Of a stretch of 64,000 nt of DNA, positions 44,756 to 59,070 are shown one piece after another (position 1 is the stretch's first letter; every line of letters begins with the position of its first letter). This DNA is from the human T2T-CHM13v2.0 reference genome, Homo sapiens, in assembly GCF_009914755.1 (NCBI RefSeq), contig NC_060929.1; one strand, 5' to 3'. Both the position numbers and the translations under genes were made by a program. The notes beneath the pieces are model-generated. The model did no database searches and was not told the DNA's origin. It worked only from the letters and a program-made list of their open reading frames with translations.

Positions 44756-45884
44756 CATCTCTATCTGATGTAACTAGAGTAGGTATAATTTGTTTCATCT
44801 GGGACAAAAATGGACAGAACCGCATGGCAAATTTACTCATATTTGCCACTGGGCTTGAAAATCAAAGTTGGCTTCAGGCTCCTCTGCTGTCAAGAAATTC
44901 AGCAGGTGACCCCTTTGAACAGAAATGTATCTATTAATTGTGGTTTTATGCCTAATTTCTTTAAGACAGAAAATTACAAGACATGGGGAAAGAATCTGCT
45001 ATTATTTTAGACTGGTGGTATCAGGAATTAAGATTTTCTCATGTACAATGTAAAACTGGCCTTCTATGTGAGACTCTCCTCTCATGCCAAGTTAGAGTTC
45101 ATTCATTCATTCATTCCTCATTCATTTAGTTATTCAATCTTTCATTCAAATTATATACATGGATCTTTCTATGTCACCAGTAACATAACTGGTAAAAAGG
45201 ACAGTGTCTCCAGTTGGATCTTCCTTTTGCTATCTGCCTCTCAGTATGAAAATATGACCATCTAATTTTCTCTTCAAGCTGGAAAAGTAGGTTTTGCTAA
45301 ATATGGACAAAATGCATTTTTTTATAATATAGAGAAATTATCTGACATTAAAGGGCAATTCTTAAATACAATAGATTTTGTTCATTTTCCATAGGTATTT
45401 CTCTGTCAATCAGTTTCCTGAGACATGAGGCACCAGTTAACAAGATGCACCTCACCAAGCTGTTGATCACACACTACTGCCCAGCTGTTGCAAACCGAAC
45501 TCTCATCATATAGAGAGGGAGAGGAAGAAAAGGTGTTTTTGCCAATGCCATGAAAGGCAACAGTAAGGCAACTTATTAGAGATAATCTAGTAACTAACCT
45601 GTGAGCTCTAATCTGAGATACAACTTCAGGGACCACGCATAGTCTGTGGTCCTGAAGTAGTGAGCCATTGTGTACTTTTTTCACCAATGCCTCAATGATT
45701 GCAATTGATTTTTTTCATGCATGCATGCATTAATCCAACAAACTTTTATTGAGCACCTGCTATATGGGTTGCACTCTGTGGAACTTTGGAGAAATAAAGA
45801 GGTGTTTTCTGGTCTCACATTGTTTCTAGGCTAGAGAATTGCTTCTGTGAAAATATCAAATGCATTATATTATAATCACTTCTT

Positions 45885-46825
45885 TTAAAAAAAACTTTTA
45901 TTTAAGTTCCAGGATAGATGTGTAGGTTTGCTACATAGATAAACATGTATCATGGGGGTTTGTTGTACAGATATTTCATCATCCAGGTATTAAGCCTAGT
46001 ACCCATTGGTTGTTTTTCCTGATCCTCTTCTTCCTCCTACCCTCCACCCTTCAATGGGCCCCAGTGTGTGTTGTTCTCCTCAGTGTGTCTATGCGTTCAT
46101 TTTTTAGCTTCAACTTATAAGTGAGAACAGGGTGTATTCTCTGTTTTCTGTTCCTGTGTTAGTTTGCCAAGGATAATGGCCTCCAGCTCCATCCATGTTT
46201 CCTGCAAAGGATATGACCTCTTTCTTTTTTTATGGCTGTATAGTATTCCATGGTATATATGTACCACATTTTCTTCAGTCTAATGTTGACGGGCATTTAG
46301 GTTTATTCCATGTCTTTGTTATTGTGAATAGGGCTGCAATGAATATACATGTGCATGTGTTGTTGTAATAGAATGATTTATATTCCTTTAGGTGTATACC
46401 AAGTAATGAGATTGCTGGGTCGAATGGTATTTCTGTCTTTGGGTCTTTGAGGAATCACCACACTGGTTTTCACAATGGTTGAATTAATTTACACTTCCAC
46501 CAACAGTGCATAAGCATTCCTTTTTCTCCTCAACCTCACCAGCTTCTGTTATTTTTTGACTTTTTATTAGCCATTCTGACTGGTGTGAGATGGTATCTCA
46601 ATGTAGTTTTGACTTGCATTTCTCTAATGATCAATGATATTGAGCCCTTTTTCATATAATTGTTGGAAACATGTATGTCTTCTTTTGAAAATTGTCTCTT
46701 TGTGTCATTTGCCCACTTTTTAATGGAGTTATTTGTCTTTTTCTTGTAAATTTTTTTAAGTTCCTTGTAGATGCTGGATATTAGACCTTTGTCAGATGCA
46801 TAGTTTGCAAAAATTTTCTCCCATG
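45885..46825 (-). mobile_element. 5'-truncated L1PA (L1PA13-like)
   Basis: Antisense 3'UTR (CCAGGTATTAAGCCTAGTACCCATT) and ORF2 C-terminal peptide [22 protein letters not shown]. Confidence 0.93.
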
Positions 46826-48539
46826 TCTCTATTTCACCCCCTAGGCCAGGAACTCCTTGATGGTAAAGATAGGGTCTTATTAATTTACATATATCTAGAC
46901 TGTTTAGCACAATTTTTGGTATGTTACATACTCATTCAATATTTTGTGGAAATACATTTGTGAATACATCTCGCAGTGTTGGATTCTGAGTAATATAAGA
47001 AAATTTAACATTCTAGTTGTATGTGCTGCTGTATCCCTATGCTTCCTAGATAATGAATAAGAGAGGCAGTGATTCTAGGTTTTTACTTATACTTTGATTA
47101 ATTACAATTAGCAACGACAGGATAGATTGTTGTGTTGGAGCCTTAAAAATTAGTAATCACTGGAATCTCAAAATGATAAAAATGTCTTGAAATGAAGTGG
47201 AGTCGTTTTTTTGTTTGTTTGTTTGTTTTTGTTTTTTTAATTCTGAGGGTCATTTTACTTCCTCACAGACGTGGAAGTCTATGTTAACACTGTGTCGCTA
47301 TAAAACAGCCAGACTTACCCTAGATGATCTCTTGATCTCTGTGTGGACTAAACAGTTTAGAGGTTAATTTGTGGTGATAAAATTATCTTAGGTGGACTGG
47401 GGATTCTGGCTCTGTGTCTCCAATATAGTACTAATTAATAATTAACACATAAAGAAAGGAAAGTGTAAATCAGTAACTCTAGTTCCCTCAGGAAAATCTA
47501 GGCCTCTTTCTCAGATTCATAAGCTGACCCTGAAACCCCCCCAAATTCCTCAGAAATGACAGTATGATATGTTAAGCCTCTCATCCTTTACTTGCCCTTT
47601 GATTATGTGATATTCACTTTTTAATTACACAATGGTTCCCACAAGAGGCATTAGCTCTCATTTCATCTACCATTTATTGAGAGCTTAGTCTTCTCCAGCC
47701 ACTGTAGCAAGCTATAGCTATGTAATCCAACTTACGATTTTGAAATACTCTTAAGAGTTGGCTATATAAGTTCTCATTTTGCAAATTTTAAAAAAAGGCT
47801 CAGAGAATTACTCTACATCATTTGACTACTAGTAATTGGCAGAACTAAAATTCTCCTGGATTTTTATGATTCCAACTTTGTTCTGTTATTCACTGCCCCT
47901 TTGGACAACTTTTGTTGTAATTTCTTGCATAAAAAAGAACACAACTGGCTATGTTTCATTGAAAAAACTGCCATTTCAGGTTATTTATTTTCCCTTAACT
48001 TTGCAGAGACAATGCAAGAATTCAAGCTAGTGAGTCTCTCTATGATATCAGGAAATTTGGTGAATCACAGAAAGCACAGATGTTCACGAAATGTGATATT
48101 GAATGAAAGGCCATGTATTTGTGAAAGAAAACCTGTCTGAGAAGTCTGTTGGCATTCTTTTAGTTACTCGGATAGGAAAAAAAATTTTGCTGTGTGGAAG
48201 AGAATATACACTGGACCAAGAGGCAGAGAATGTGGGCCCTGATCCCAATTCCCTGACATATTAGATTTGCCATCTAGAAACAAAGCATGATTTCTCTCTC
48301 TTTTGCCTCAGGGAGAACGAAGTAAAAAAGTGAATATGGACATACTTTGTAAATGTTAAAGCACTCTGAAGATGAATGTCTTAGGAGTATTTTTGTATTG
48401 TTGTATGAGAAGTTATCTGAGCATGAAATGTACTAGGTTTCTACTCAAGCACACCAGGCCTCCATTTTGAAAACTGGGAAGGAACCTTTGGGGAAATGAG
48501 GGTTGTACTCCACCTACTTATTTACTGCAATAGCCAACC

Positions 48540-49815
48540 CACCCAAAGTCTGGTCAAATTTACATCCTAAATACCTCAATTTACCCAATTCTCCCCATCC
48601 CTATCACTAGTACCTAATTCAATCAACCGGTATCTTACATCTGGACTCCTGTAGGAGCCTCCTAAGTAGTTTCCCTGTAACTACTTGTTGTTCCTTCCAA
48701 TCCATTCTTCAAACTGTAGCCAGAGTGAACATTTCATAAATCAAAACTATTTGGATGACTGTCTTAGTTCATTTGTGTTGCTATAAAGGAATACCTGAGG
48801 CTGGGTAACTTATTAAAAAAAGAGGTTAATTTGGCTCACAGTTCTGAAGGCTGCACAAGAAACATGGTGCCAGCATCTGCTTCAGGTGAGGGCTTCAGAC
48901 TGCTTCCACTCATAGCGGAAGGCGATGAAGAGCCAGTGTGCCCAGAGCTCACATGGCAAGAGAAGAGGCAAGGTAGGGGTGGTAGGTGGCAGGCTCTTTT
49001 TGCAGCCAGCTCTCACAGGAACTAACAGAACAAGTACTCACTCGTTAACATGGGGACAGTACAAAGCCACTCACGAGGGATCTACCCTTATGACCCAAAG
49101 ACCCTTAATTTGGCCTCACCTACAGTATTGGGGATCAAATTTTGACATGAGGTTGTGGGTGACAAACATTTATAATATAGCAGTCCACCTTTGATCTTTT
49201 AAATCACACATCCTTCTTCTCACATATAAAATACAATCATTCCATCCCAATAGTTTCCAAAAGTCTTAATTTGTTCCAGCACCAACTCCTAAAAGTCTAA
49301 AGTCTAATGGATTTTTGCTTTGGTAATGACCCTTCTTGGATTTTTTAATACTTTCCCATCATTCTTAAGATATTTCAAATACACTGATGTCATCTGCAGG
49401 GCCAGCACCCCACCCCTCCATGCTGCACTACTCTCAGTCCTTGACAGTCCTTTGTCCCTTGTCCTTGAACATGCTATCTTTCATCCTACAACAGGGCCTT
49501 TAGTCAGGTGGTTATTTTGGCATGGAATGCTCATTTTGCCAGTCTTTGCTAGTTAACTCTTACTCATTTTTCAGATTCCAGGTCAGCGTTCCCCTTCTGC
49601 CTTGAGAATGTTTATTTCATATCCTTCTGCTTTGCACTGTCAGACAGTACATTCCTTGCTTCATAGCCCTGCATTGATATGTGAAGTTTTTTTGAACTGG
49701 TATCTATTTTGCCTTGAGCAATGAAACTATGTTGATTTTTTTGCTTACCTTTTATTTCTTTGCAAAGTGCTGGACAATTCCTCAAATAAATGTTTGTTGG
49801 CTAACTGAATGCATA
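48540..49815 (+). mobile_element. L2 3' region interrupted by MSTB
   Basis: ATCCATTCTTCAAACTGTAGCCAGAGTGA...CTCAAATAAATGTTTGTTGGCTAACTGAATG. Confidence 0.7.
48760..49307 (-). mobile_element. MSTB-like LTR (48760-49182) plus adjoining MST internal fragment (49183-49307)
   Basis: TGTCTTAGTTCATTTGTGTTGCTATAAAGGAATACCTGAGGCTGGGTAA...TATAGCA, then CAATCATTCCATCCCAATAGTTTCCAAAAGTCTTAATTTGTTCCAGCA. Confidence 0.88.
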
Positions 49816-49929
49816 AATAAATTTAAAAGATGTATGCTCCTATTTCTGAAGAGTCTTTAGTTTAGATATATTGATGAAATAAACTCATATATAAATACAA
49901 ATTCAGAGATTTAGTAATAAAAAAGTAGG

Positions 49930-50105
49930 AGAGGTAACATTTATTTGGCATTTACTATGTCTCAGCCACCATGTAAGCAATTTACTGTTTCTCATTTAAT
50001 TCTTTCAACTGAACTTAGAGGCAAGTACTACTGTTTTTACCATCTCCCAATGGACAGTGGCTGAATGACTTGTCCAAGGTCACACAGACAGTCAGAGGTG
50101 GGACT
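49930..50105 (-). mobile_element. MIR SINE
   Basis: TCTCATTTAATTCTTTCAAC...TGAATGACTTGTCCAAGGTCACACAG. Confidence 0.75.
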
Positions 50106-52574
50106 ATGCTGGGTTTTTACTGGAAGAATACTGAATCATTCACAAAATTGATAGAAGCCTAGAGAAGGAGGCTGGAAGCATAGTTGTTATTCTAGGCAAC
50201 AGAAAAACCCAGTCAAGTTCAGACCACAGGAAAGATCCAAAGTGTCACAGTGGGCTTTGCTGCCCTAGAACATTGCCCATCCCTGTGGCTGATTTTTCCA
50301 CTCTGTTGCCTTTGCTATGAACAATTTGTGTATTTGTGGCATATTTTCCAGGTTCTAAGTCCCGAGTAGGAACACCTCATTGGTTGATTCTAGGCCATAT
50401 ATCTGTGCCCTAACTGTCAGGGCCAGGGGACAGGACCCTGTCTCCTGCCAAGACTCCATTAATGTGGGATTCCCCCAGGATCAGAAGGAAGTTTTACGAT
50501 GGACAGCTAAAATTGTGTATATATCTAGTACTTTGATATACCTCTCTGTCCTTTGACTTGTGCCCAATGTGTATAGACACATGTGCTATTATAGTTCCAG
50601 TATGTACGAACCCAGTCTGTCGAACAAGTCACATCTCACCAGTGCCACCTTCCAAGTGCATCAGAGAGCATGCTGTAGGTAACTTCAAAGACCTCCAGTA
50701 CTAGAAGCAAATTGGGCAACCTAGTTAAGAACCACCATGGCCTGGGGTTAAGTGGCAAAGGTCTGTTCCTCAACAGCATGGCACAGTGTGAAAAATAATG
50801 ACTTGGTGTCAGATGATTCTTGCACATTCCTTCCTGAAGCTATGCCTGGCTTTCATGCAGACCTCTTGAGTAGAAGGTGACACAGAGAAATAGCCTATTG
50901 AGGTGGAGTAATCAAGAGTTGCATTAATAACAAAATGGAGGCTTTAAAACAAGGCAATGTACAAAAGCAAAGAGGACCCCCTAAAGAAAACTTCTAGAGG
51001 CAGTTGGGTCCAGGTTGTCTTAAGAGATACACACACAGGCCAATTTAGTCTCACTGAAGAACAAACATTTTCCTATGCTGAGGAGAACAGAAGACTCACT
51101 CTGGAGAATCTTCCACATAAATATGTTAACACCTGAAATGGAGCAAACCAGCTTAAATACAGTAATCAATGATCCTCAGGATTAGAACCATACTTTGCAA
51201 ATCCAAACAGTTTCACGAGGAAGTTTCCCAAGTCAGAGATAAAATGAACCGGTTCTGAGCAAAGGCTATTTGTCTTTGTTTTCTTATGTAGGTAAGGGAA
51301 ATTATCCCCCTGCCACTCACCAAAGAAAACTTACTCCAAAAAAAAAAAAAAACCCACAAAAACAAAGAGACAACAGCAATAGGGTTCAAGAAAATAACAG
51401 TAATAAAAATGGCTATTTACTAATGTGTGACTCCCATTATAATTTTTAAATTTTCTGAATTCCATGCTTTTCCTTGACAAGTGTATAAGAGCAGAATATA
51501 CCCAAGATATGCTACTCAGGGAAACTGACATCTCTCAAGCCTGGACTTACTGAAATATACTTTTTTACTTTGTACTTACACCTCCTTTTTTCCTTCTTTT
51601 GGCTGTTTCTTCAGCCTTGTGTTTTCCATCACACTGATTCTTTATTCAGTATGCCCATGGCACACAGTGTAGTTGCTGGGAGAAAAATAACAACATTTAC
51701 TTAACATTTACCTTATTTACTTTTCACCTCCACACCAAGAAGCAGGTGCCACTATTATATCTAATTTAGGGATGAAGAAATTGAGCAGAGATTAAGGTGA
51801 CTTGGTTTGTGTAATTTCTTGAAGCAACTTGACTCCCTTGGGAGGTTTTAAACATTTTGAGAGAATATTAAGGGAGGGTGTGTGCTACTCCCTCACTGCC
51901 ACTTTCACGTAGATTTTGGAGTAACTTCTGGTCCAGGGTGAACCAACGCTTAGAATGTGGAACAACTCCTCCTCCTCTTAGCGGCCCTTGCCTGCTAGCC
52001 TGTTTGAGTATAAGTACAGTCAAAAGTCCTCAACTGAGAATTAGGACGCCCGGCCTCAGTCCCAGCCCTTACTAACTATTGTTGTGCGCTGGAGGAAATC
52101 AAATAACCTTTGTGGTTCATAATTCTCTTATCTGCAAGGAAGGGGTAAAGAGACTTAACACTGGTATGAGGAGTACTGGCAAAATATAAAGCACCCAGAA
52201 GATGAAGACAAAAATAACAAGAAATCCAGAAAGCATTTGACGAGTATGGTTTGAAGAAATTGGAAAAAAGTTAAGGGCGGAGAAAATTAAAGGAAACATG
52301 ATGATTGCCTCCACATATTTTAAAGAAGAAAAGGGATTGAATGTTCTGCATGTTTCTTTAGAGGGAAAAATGTATATGGTTGGTATAAAAATATACAAAA
52401 GCAGATTTTAGCTGAATATAATGTTTCAAATGGTTAGGGCTGTTCAGATATGAGATTGACTGCCTCAAAATGCAGAGGCTTTTTCTAATCCTGGAAATGG
52501 TCAGAACTTGAGTATCTTTCAGAAAATATTGAAAAATGATGAATTCCTGTAGTGGATGGAGCATTCAGCTATAT

Positions 52575-53121
52575 CAGTGGTTTTCAACTGGAGTGATTTT
52601 CTCCTACAGGGGACATCTGGAAATGCTTGAAAACATTTTCAGTTGTCACAACTTAGGGGTGGGTAGGTTGCTACCAACATTTCTGGGTGGAGTCCACGGA
52701 TGCCGCTGCATCCATAATCCCACATGACAATCTCCCAACAAAGAAGTTAAAAAAACCTGTCAGTCCAGGCCGGGCCTGGTGGCTTACGCCTGTAATCCAG
52801 CACTTTGGGAGGCCGAGGTGGGTGGATCACGAGGTCAGGAGTTCACGACCAGCCTGGCCAAGATGGTAAAAACCCCATCTCTACTAAAAATACAAAAATT
52901 AGCCGGGTGTGGTGGCACGCACCTGTAATACCAACTACTTGGGAGGCTGAGGCAGAGAATTGATTGAATCCAGAAGGCGGAGGTTGCAGTGAGCCGAGAT
53001 CGCACCACTGCACTCCAGCCTGGGCGACAGAGCGAAAGTCCATCTTAAAAACAAAACAAAACAACAATAAAAAAAACCTGTCAGTCCAAAATATAAACAG
53101 TGTCAAAGCTGAGAAACCCTG
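52575..53121 (+). mobile_element. MER20 hAT-Charlie element split by an Alu
   Basis: CAGTGGTTTTCAACTGGAGTGATTTT...CAAAGCTGAGAAACCCTG; 8-bp TSD AGCTATAT/AACTAGAT. Confidence 0.88.
52768..53069 (+). mobile_element. AluSg-like
   Basis: GGATCACGAGGTCAGGAGTTC; perfect 19-bp TSD AAAAAAACCTGTCAGTCCA. Confidence 0.97.
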
Positions 53122-53569
53122 AACTAGATGAACTCTAAATACTTTCAAAAATTGGACTCAATGATTTTACAGTTTTCATAAGGTTTCTACAGATGAAAAT
53201 TTTAATATCAGCTTTACATGTAAACAATTTAAGGAATCTTAAAAAAAAAGTAGAATTTTAACTTTAACATGTTCTTTGCCCACTGACACTAGTTCCATCC
53301 ATATCCAAAGTTGTTTAAAATGACTCGATTAAATCTTAAATATTGTTTGGTTATGTTATTTTAGTGCATGATTTTAGGTTCACTTGATTTTTTTTCTGAC
53401 TTAAGTTCCTTTTTAGGTTAGTTTTAAAATCTATTGCTCAACTATTGCACAGATTTTACTTTTATAGGCTGTCTCTCTTTTTTTTCAGTGTCTCCATATT
53501 TATGATGCATATGTTTTCCTCTGGAGTGATTCCCATCATTAATCATCATACCAATATATGGAAATGATA

Positions 53570-54205
53570 CAGTGGGTATTGTGAGTTGGTGCTAAGCTAG
53601 GAGTGAGAAGACCTGGCTCTGCGGCTGACTGGCATGACCTTGGGCAAATCACCCAAGATCTATGCCCATGCCTTCCTCATTTATAAAAGGACAGCACAGG
53701 TCATTCATACTTCAAGCCCATTCCAGCACTAACATTTTATAGGGAGCAGGAAGAAAAAGATTTATCAAACATTTCCAGTATAACATACAAAGTAGAGTGC
53801 AAGGCACTTCTTGTGTTTAATCTTTTAATCCTCATAACAAACCTGTGAGATTGGTATTATTGCACCCATTTTTAATTAATGAGGAAGCATGCTCAGAGGG
53901 ATTATGCCAGTTGCCCTATAGCACAGAGCTAAATAGTGTTGAGCTTTGATCTAGATGAAAGACAGTTCAAGCATTATCTCTTCTAGAAAATCTTCCTTGA
54001 TCCCTTAGTCTGGCCTGAATTCCCATTCTGGTGCTGTTGCAGCATTTAACACATTAAATTGAAATTGACTGTATACGGTCTGATAGTCTCCAGAACGCAG
54101 TTTCCTCTAGGGTAGTGACTATGCATTCGTTTCCTTTATATTTCCAGCATGAAAAACAGTGACCGGTGCATAGTAGGCATACTAATGTTTCTGAACTAAA
54201 CTCAT
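53570..54205. mobile_element. Cluster of MIR (+), MIR (-) and L2 3' end (+) fragments
   Basis: ATGACCTTGGGCAAATCAC; TTTAATCCTCATAACAAACCTGTGAG; GGTGCATAGTAGGCATACTAATG. Confidence 0.65.
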
Positions 54206-57200
54206 GATACAGCTCTCCAAATTAATATTGGCTGAGATGAACATCCTCAATGCAGTAGACCACGATGATCCCATCAATAAAATATTTCAACATTTTCTAC
54301 TCTAAAGTTGATATTTGTCCTTTGCAAAATATGTGTTGATTGTTTTCTCCCCCTCTCTTCAATCAGCCTTTCCTCCATTCTCTTCTTCATTTTGAACGTT
54401 GTGGTGGATGTCTCTCATTTCTCCACGTAGTTCTTTTTGTGTCCTTTCAGTAGACAGGCAGCCTTGCTCCCTGTAGGATAAGAGGGCAAATTAGCTTCCA
54501 GAAGCCTGTCCTACCAAGCTGCTTGTGCCTGTGCGTATTTTTGTTGCTGCATCTACTGTTACGTTTCCTTCCTCGCTTTTTCTTTGTGTTTAAGAATCTT
54601 TTAGAAAAGGAGCAAAATGTGATGTCTGGCTACTCAATTTAAACCAGAGCTGGGTCCACTGGTTAACTGCAGAGGGTGTCTCCGTGGGTCAAAGCTACGG
54701 CTTCCTTTCCATGCCTTTCTTCTTCATTTAAAGACAGGAATTTAACATAAAAAGAAACTGACCTTCAAGCCCAAGAAGGTGACCTAGCTTTTGCGACACA
54801 CGCAGGCTGAAAGATCATGTTGCTGTTTTCCTGAGTTTCAAACAATAAAAGCACCGTTCTGGGGATTACCTTTCTAGATGGTGTTTTAAGTAGCAGTCAT
54901 TGAACAAAAAAAAAAAAAAAAAAAAAAAAATCAAACTGATAGGCTTTTATAACAGGAAATAATAAGAGCCAGGGTATCTATAATCCAGTCACTGAGAGAG
55001 TCTTTATTCCTACAATGCTGCCTGCTGAGAATTGTATTTTTCAATCCATCCAGGTGGGTTACAATGAGTCTAATTAATTTTATACACAAATGCTCAACCT
55101 CTAACCAAAAACAAAATGACTTCCTAGGGCTTTTCTTTTCCACTAATCTGAATTTTAGTAAGAAAAAGGGATGATTTACATATTAAAATACAAATTTCAT
55201 TAAATAAAATAAAGTTTTTAAGGGGAAAATTATATCCCCATGCCCACTAAGATTAAAAAAAACAAGAACGAGGGGATTTTGAGTCTACTCTCTGTGTGTA
55301 TTTAATTTAGAAGCAACTTAAGTGATGATTGACTGAGGCAAGGTGGCCTTGTAAGATATTTAGTTCCCTGTTACTTAAGGCATTCAAAAAAGTTCCATTG
55401 TGCATGGTTACCTACTGGCCATGATATTGTAAAGGGAAATAAAACATCAGTTGGGGAGTTGGATTAAATACCTTCCATTTTCCTTTTAGCCTCAGGATTT
55501 GATAAGGCCCAAATATTAGGCATAAATCTGTCCCTCTCAGCTAAAGCCAGATCGAACCTGGATGAGTATACAATGAATTCTACCTTCTGTGATAATTTCC
55601 CCTAGGGCTACACTATCTGCTTGACTAACAATAATAGGGCCCCAGCTCTCTGACACTACAGGCAACAGCGTAGCTGCTGGATGGGAGTGGAAATATTCTA
55701 TTACTGATAAGACCTGTTCACTGTTTGCAAAAATGGTGATTCACCTTTGGTAATAATTACTTTGGCTCACCTTAATATTTTGGAATTTACTTAAAATAAT
55801 ATTCCACTTCCCTCAAATATGTTCTTATCATTCTTTTTTTCCAAGACCTTGGTCCTTTTTGAGAAAACAACTAATATTTTATCCTCGAGTTGCTAATTCT
55901 TATTTATGGTCTATAGTAAGTAATAGGAGTCCCCCACCGAAAATACTTTATTCAAAGAAACAGTAATCCTGAGTGCAATGCACACTTTTTATGATTATTC
56001 ATTTGCTCTTTTGATGAGATCTTTGAAGGATGTTTGTAGACCTCAGTATCTTTGTTAGTTTGTTTGTTTGCTTATTTAGAAAGTCAGGAGTTCAACTCTG
56101 CTTTTACAGTAAATGATATAATTTTTCTTCAAACTTTATAAAACAAAAACAAAACATGATAAAAGACAAATTTGTAAAAATTAGTTGATATGTTGGAAAT
56201 AGATGTATTTCAATCCTCATTTATTTAGCCTTAGTGTTCAAATTGATCAAAAATGAAAACTAATGTGATGAGATGTATGGATAAAACTGTATGCTTCACT
56301 GCCCCTGCAGACATGATGTCATTCTAAGCCCTCCTCCAATTATAACATTGAGTTAGCACAACTCTTTCCATGGCCCTGGAGCATACTGGGAGATGGAGCA
56401 CTGCCCACCTGGTCATTCAATATCTGTAGAATCTTCAGCATCACTCACTCTGGAGACCCAAGAGGATACTGCTCTATTTTAGTTTTTATTGCACTATTGT
56501 TTTGAAATATTCAGCCCCATGATCACAGACCATATGTGAAGTAGAGAAAGAATTTATTATTTATTTTGTCAGTCCCTATATTTAAAGGTTTTGTAGCATG
56601 TTGGAAATTCTGGCAACAGCCTTTTGTATAATTAGTTGCTTCATCCTTCAGAGCTAATGGTATGGGTTTGAGGCCAGAGTGAGGCTGTTTATGAGATATA
56701 TTTCCTCCCCTGGTGCTTCATCAGAAGCTGTCCCTCTCATCAGGGTATTTGTCAGAGTAATTTTTGTCAGGTCTTTCATAAAAAGGGAAAATATTAAGGG
56801 CAGTGTGAAAGAACCAACCAGAGCATGATCAGCTCAGGGTGTATTGAATACATTCCTCCCGCTTTTATTGTTGGGAGGAGGGAGATAAGAGAGAGGCAAG
56901 TGAGGACAAAAAGAACTTAAATGTAATTTTTTAACCTAATTTCTTTTAAAAACATGTAATAAATTAATACCAGCAATATGATTACTGGGAATTTTACATC
57001 CTTGAGGTGAATTATAACTTCCATCATCATATTTTGTAAGACAAAATCATATTTGAGATGAGCATTCTCACTTTTTTCCTCCAAGTCAGACTCATCTCAT
57101 TCCCAGAGGCCATTGTTTATAATAAAGTCAAAACAATCTTATGAAGTTGATTACTTAAATCAAACTTCTTTAGGTCTCTTTTTTGATTTCCCTTTGATAG

Positions 57201-57519
57201 TAAATATAATCAGAACTTCAAAGGGTAGCCCAGGGAAGAGAGAAAATTATCTAGGAATGTGTACAGTGTAAACTAGGGAAGTCATCAGACATCATTCAAT
57301 TACATTTGAGAAACAAAATAGAGGGATCAAAATTGCTTCCTTCTGTGGTTGGTCCTAAACTAAACACATATCTCTTTTTAACAATGTTAGATTATTTGAA
57401 AATGCTATTGAAAAACCTGAGGTTATAAGCTGAAGATTTTACAGCCACAGTTGAGCCTCTGTCCTACTTTTGCATTTCCAGTCTTTACAGTGGCACCCAA
57501 CTCTTTTCCTCCACTCCTC

Positions 57520-57866
57520 TGATATGGTTTGGCTGTTTCCCCACCCAAATCTTATCTTGAATTGTAGCTCCCATAATCTCTATGTGTTGTGGGAGGGACC
57601 CTGTGGGAGGTAATTGAGTCATGCTGTTCTAGTGGTAGTGAGTCAGTCTCATGAGAACTGATGCTTTTTTAAAGAACAGTTCCCCTACACAAGTTTTCTT
57701 GCCTGACACCATGATAAGATGTACATTTGCTCCTTCTTTGCCTTCCACCATGATTGTGATGCCTCCCCAGCCATGTGGAACTGTGAGTCAGTTAAACCTC
57801 TTTTTCTTTATAAATTATCCAATCTTGGGTATGTCTTTATTAACAGCATGAAAACAGATGAATACA
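57520..57866 (+). mobile_element. THE1 (THE1D-like) solo LTR
   Basis: TGATATGGTTTGGCTGTTTCCCCACCCAAATC...GATGAATACA; perfect TSD TCCTC. Confidence 0.93.
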
Positions 57867-58745
57867 TCCTCCTTGCCTAAGTGCCTGATGTTTGGGATTC
57901 TTTACAAAACTCTTGCTGTCTTCCCTCTAGTGAGCAAAAACTGCTTTTCTTCCTAGTGAGTTTCTGTTTTCCTCAAAAGTACCCATCAAATCTAACTGCA
58001 CATTGGCTCTGGGGATCAGTCTCACCTCATCCCTCTGTGTTCTCTTTGGTTTAGAATCCTTTTCTCTGCCCTGGACCATGGTTAAATACGGTTCTTGGGA
58101 ATGCCTTCTCCAGAGAGGACATACCCAAGAGCCCAGGACCCCTGCACCAGAGCCGGGCTATGCTGTTGTGCTCTGGATCTCTTCATATTAAAAGGTGCAG
58201 CCCAGAACCTCACCTGATGACCCCACCAACAATGCATATTCCTCGATGTAGTTTTTTTTGTTTGTTTTTGTTTGTTTGCTGTTGTTGTTGTTATTCTGCT
58301 GCATGTGACTCTTGATAGAATGAGTAGTCCATCTCTTGAGGCCTCTTAGTATGTAGCTGTGCTTGTACTTCTCAATGGTTGTGTGTATGTCAAACATGTC
58401 CTTCACTGTTATAACACTTTGATTTCTCTTTATTGGGATTTACACTTGATATTTTCAGGTCTCCAAATACAGTCACTAGCCTAATGACTCCTACCAAGAA
58501 CATGTGTAGTTCATATGTGACATTCTTCCTGATTTATAGGCTTTATGAATTGCAACCACTAGCCAAAATCATATGATTTTGAATTTTTCTCTAGACTAGT
58601 ACAATTAAAAATGTGGTCTGTGGATAGATTCTGATCTGCCAACTGAGTATTACTACTTAAAAATGAGATGAGAATCTTACATCAGAATGTAAATCAGCAC
58701 CCTGCTTCCTTCATCAAATAAGTTTTGCTACTAAAAAAATCAGCT

Positions 58746-59006
58746 GGCCGGGCATGGTGGCTCACACCTGTAATCCCAGCAATTTGGGAGGCTGAGGTGG
58801 GCGGATCACGAGGTCAGGAGATCGAGACCATCCTGGCTAACATGGTGAAACCCCATCTCTACTAAAAACACAAAAAATTAGCCAGGCGTGGTGGCGGGCG
58901 CCTGTAGTCCCAGCTACTCAGGAGGCTCCACCGGGAGGTGGAGCTTGCAGTGAGCCGAGATCCTGCCACTGCACTCCAGCCTGGGTGACAGAGACAGACT
59001 CCGTCT

Positions 59007-59034
<28 letters not shown>
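58746..59034 (+). mobile_element. AluY-like with a right-arm deletion and long pure poly(A)
   Basis: GAGATCGAGACCATCCTGGCTAAC, GAGCTTGCAG; TSD AAAAAAATCAGCT. Confidence 0.96.
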
Positions 59035-59044
<10 letters not shown>

Positions 59045-59070
59045 GCTGAACTGAATTAAAAAGACGCATG

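Larger units (their letters stand above)
52190..53170 (+). mobile_element. CR1/L3 3' end interrupted by MER20 and an Alu
   Basis: AGCAGATTTTAGCTGAATATAA...GGGCTGTTCAGATATGAGATTGACTGCCTC; resumes after MER20 with AACTAGATGAACTCTAA. Confidence 0.65.
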
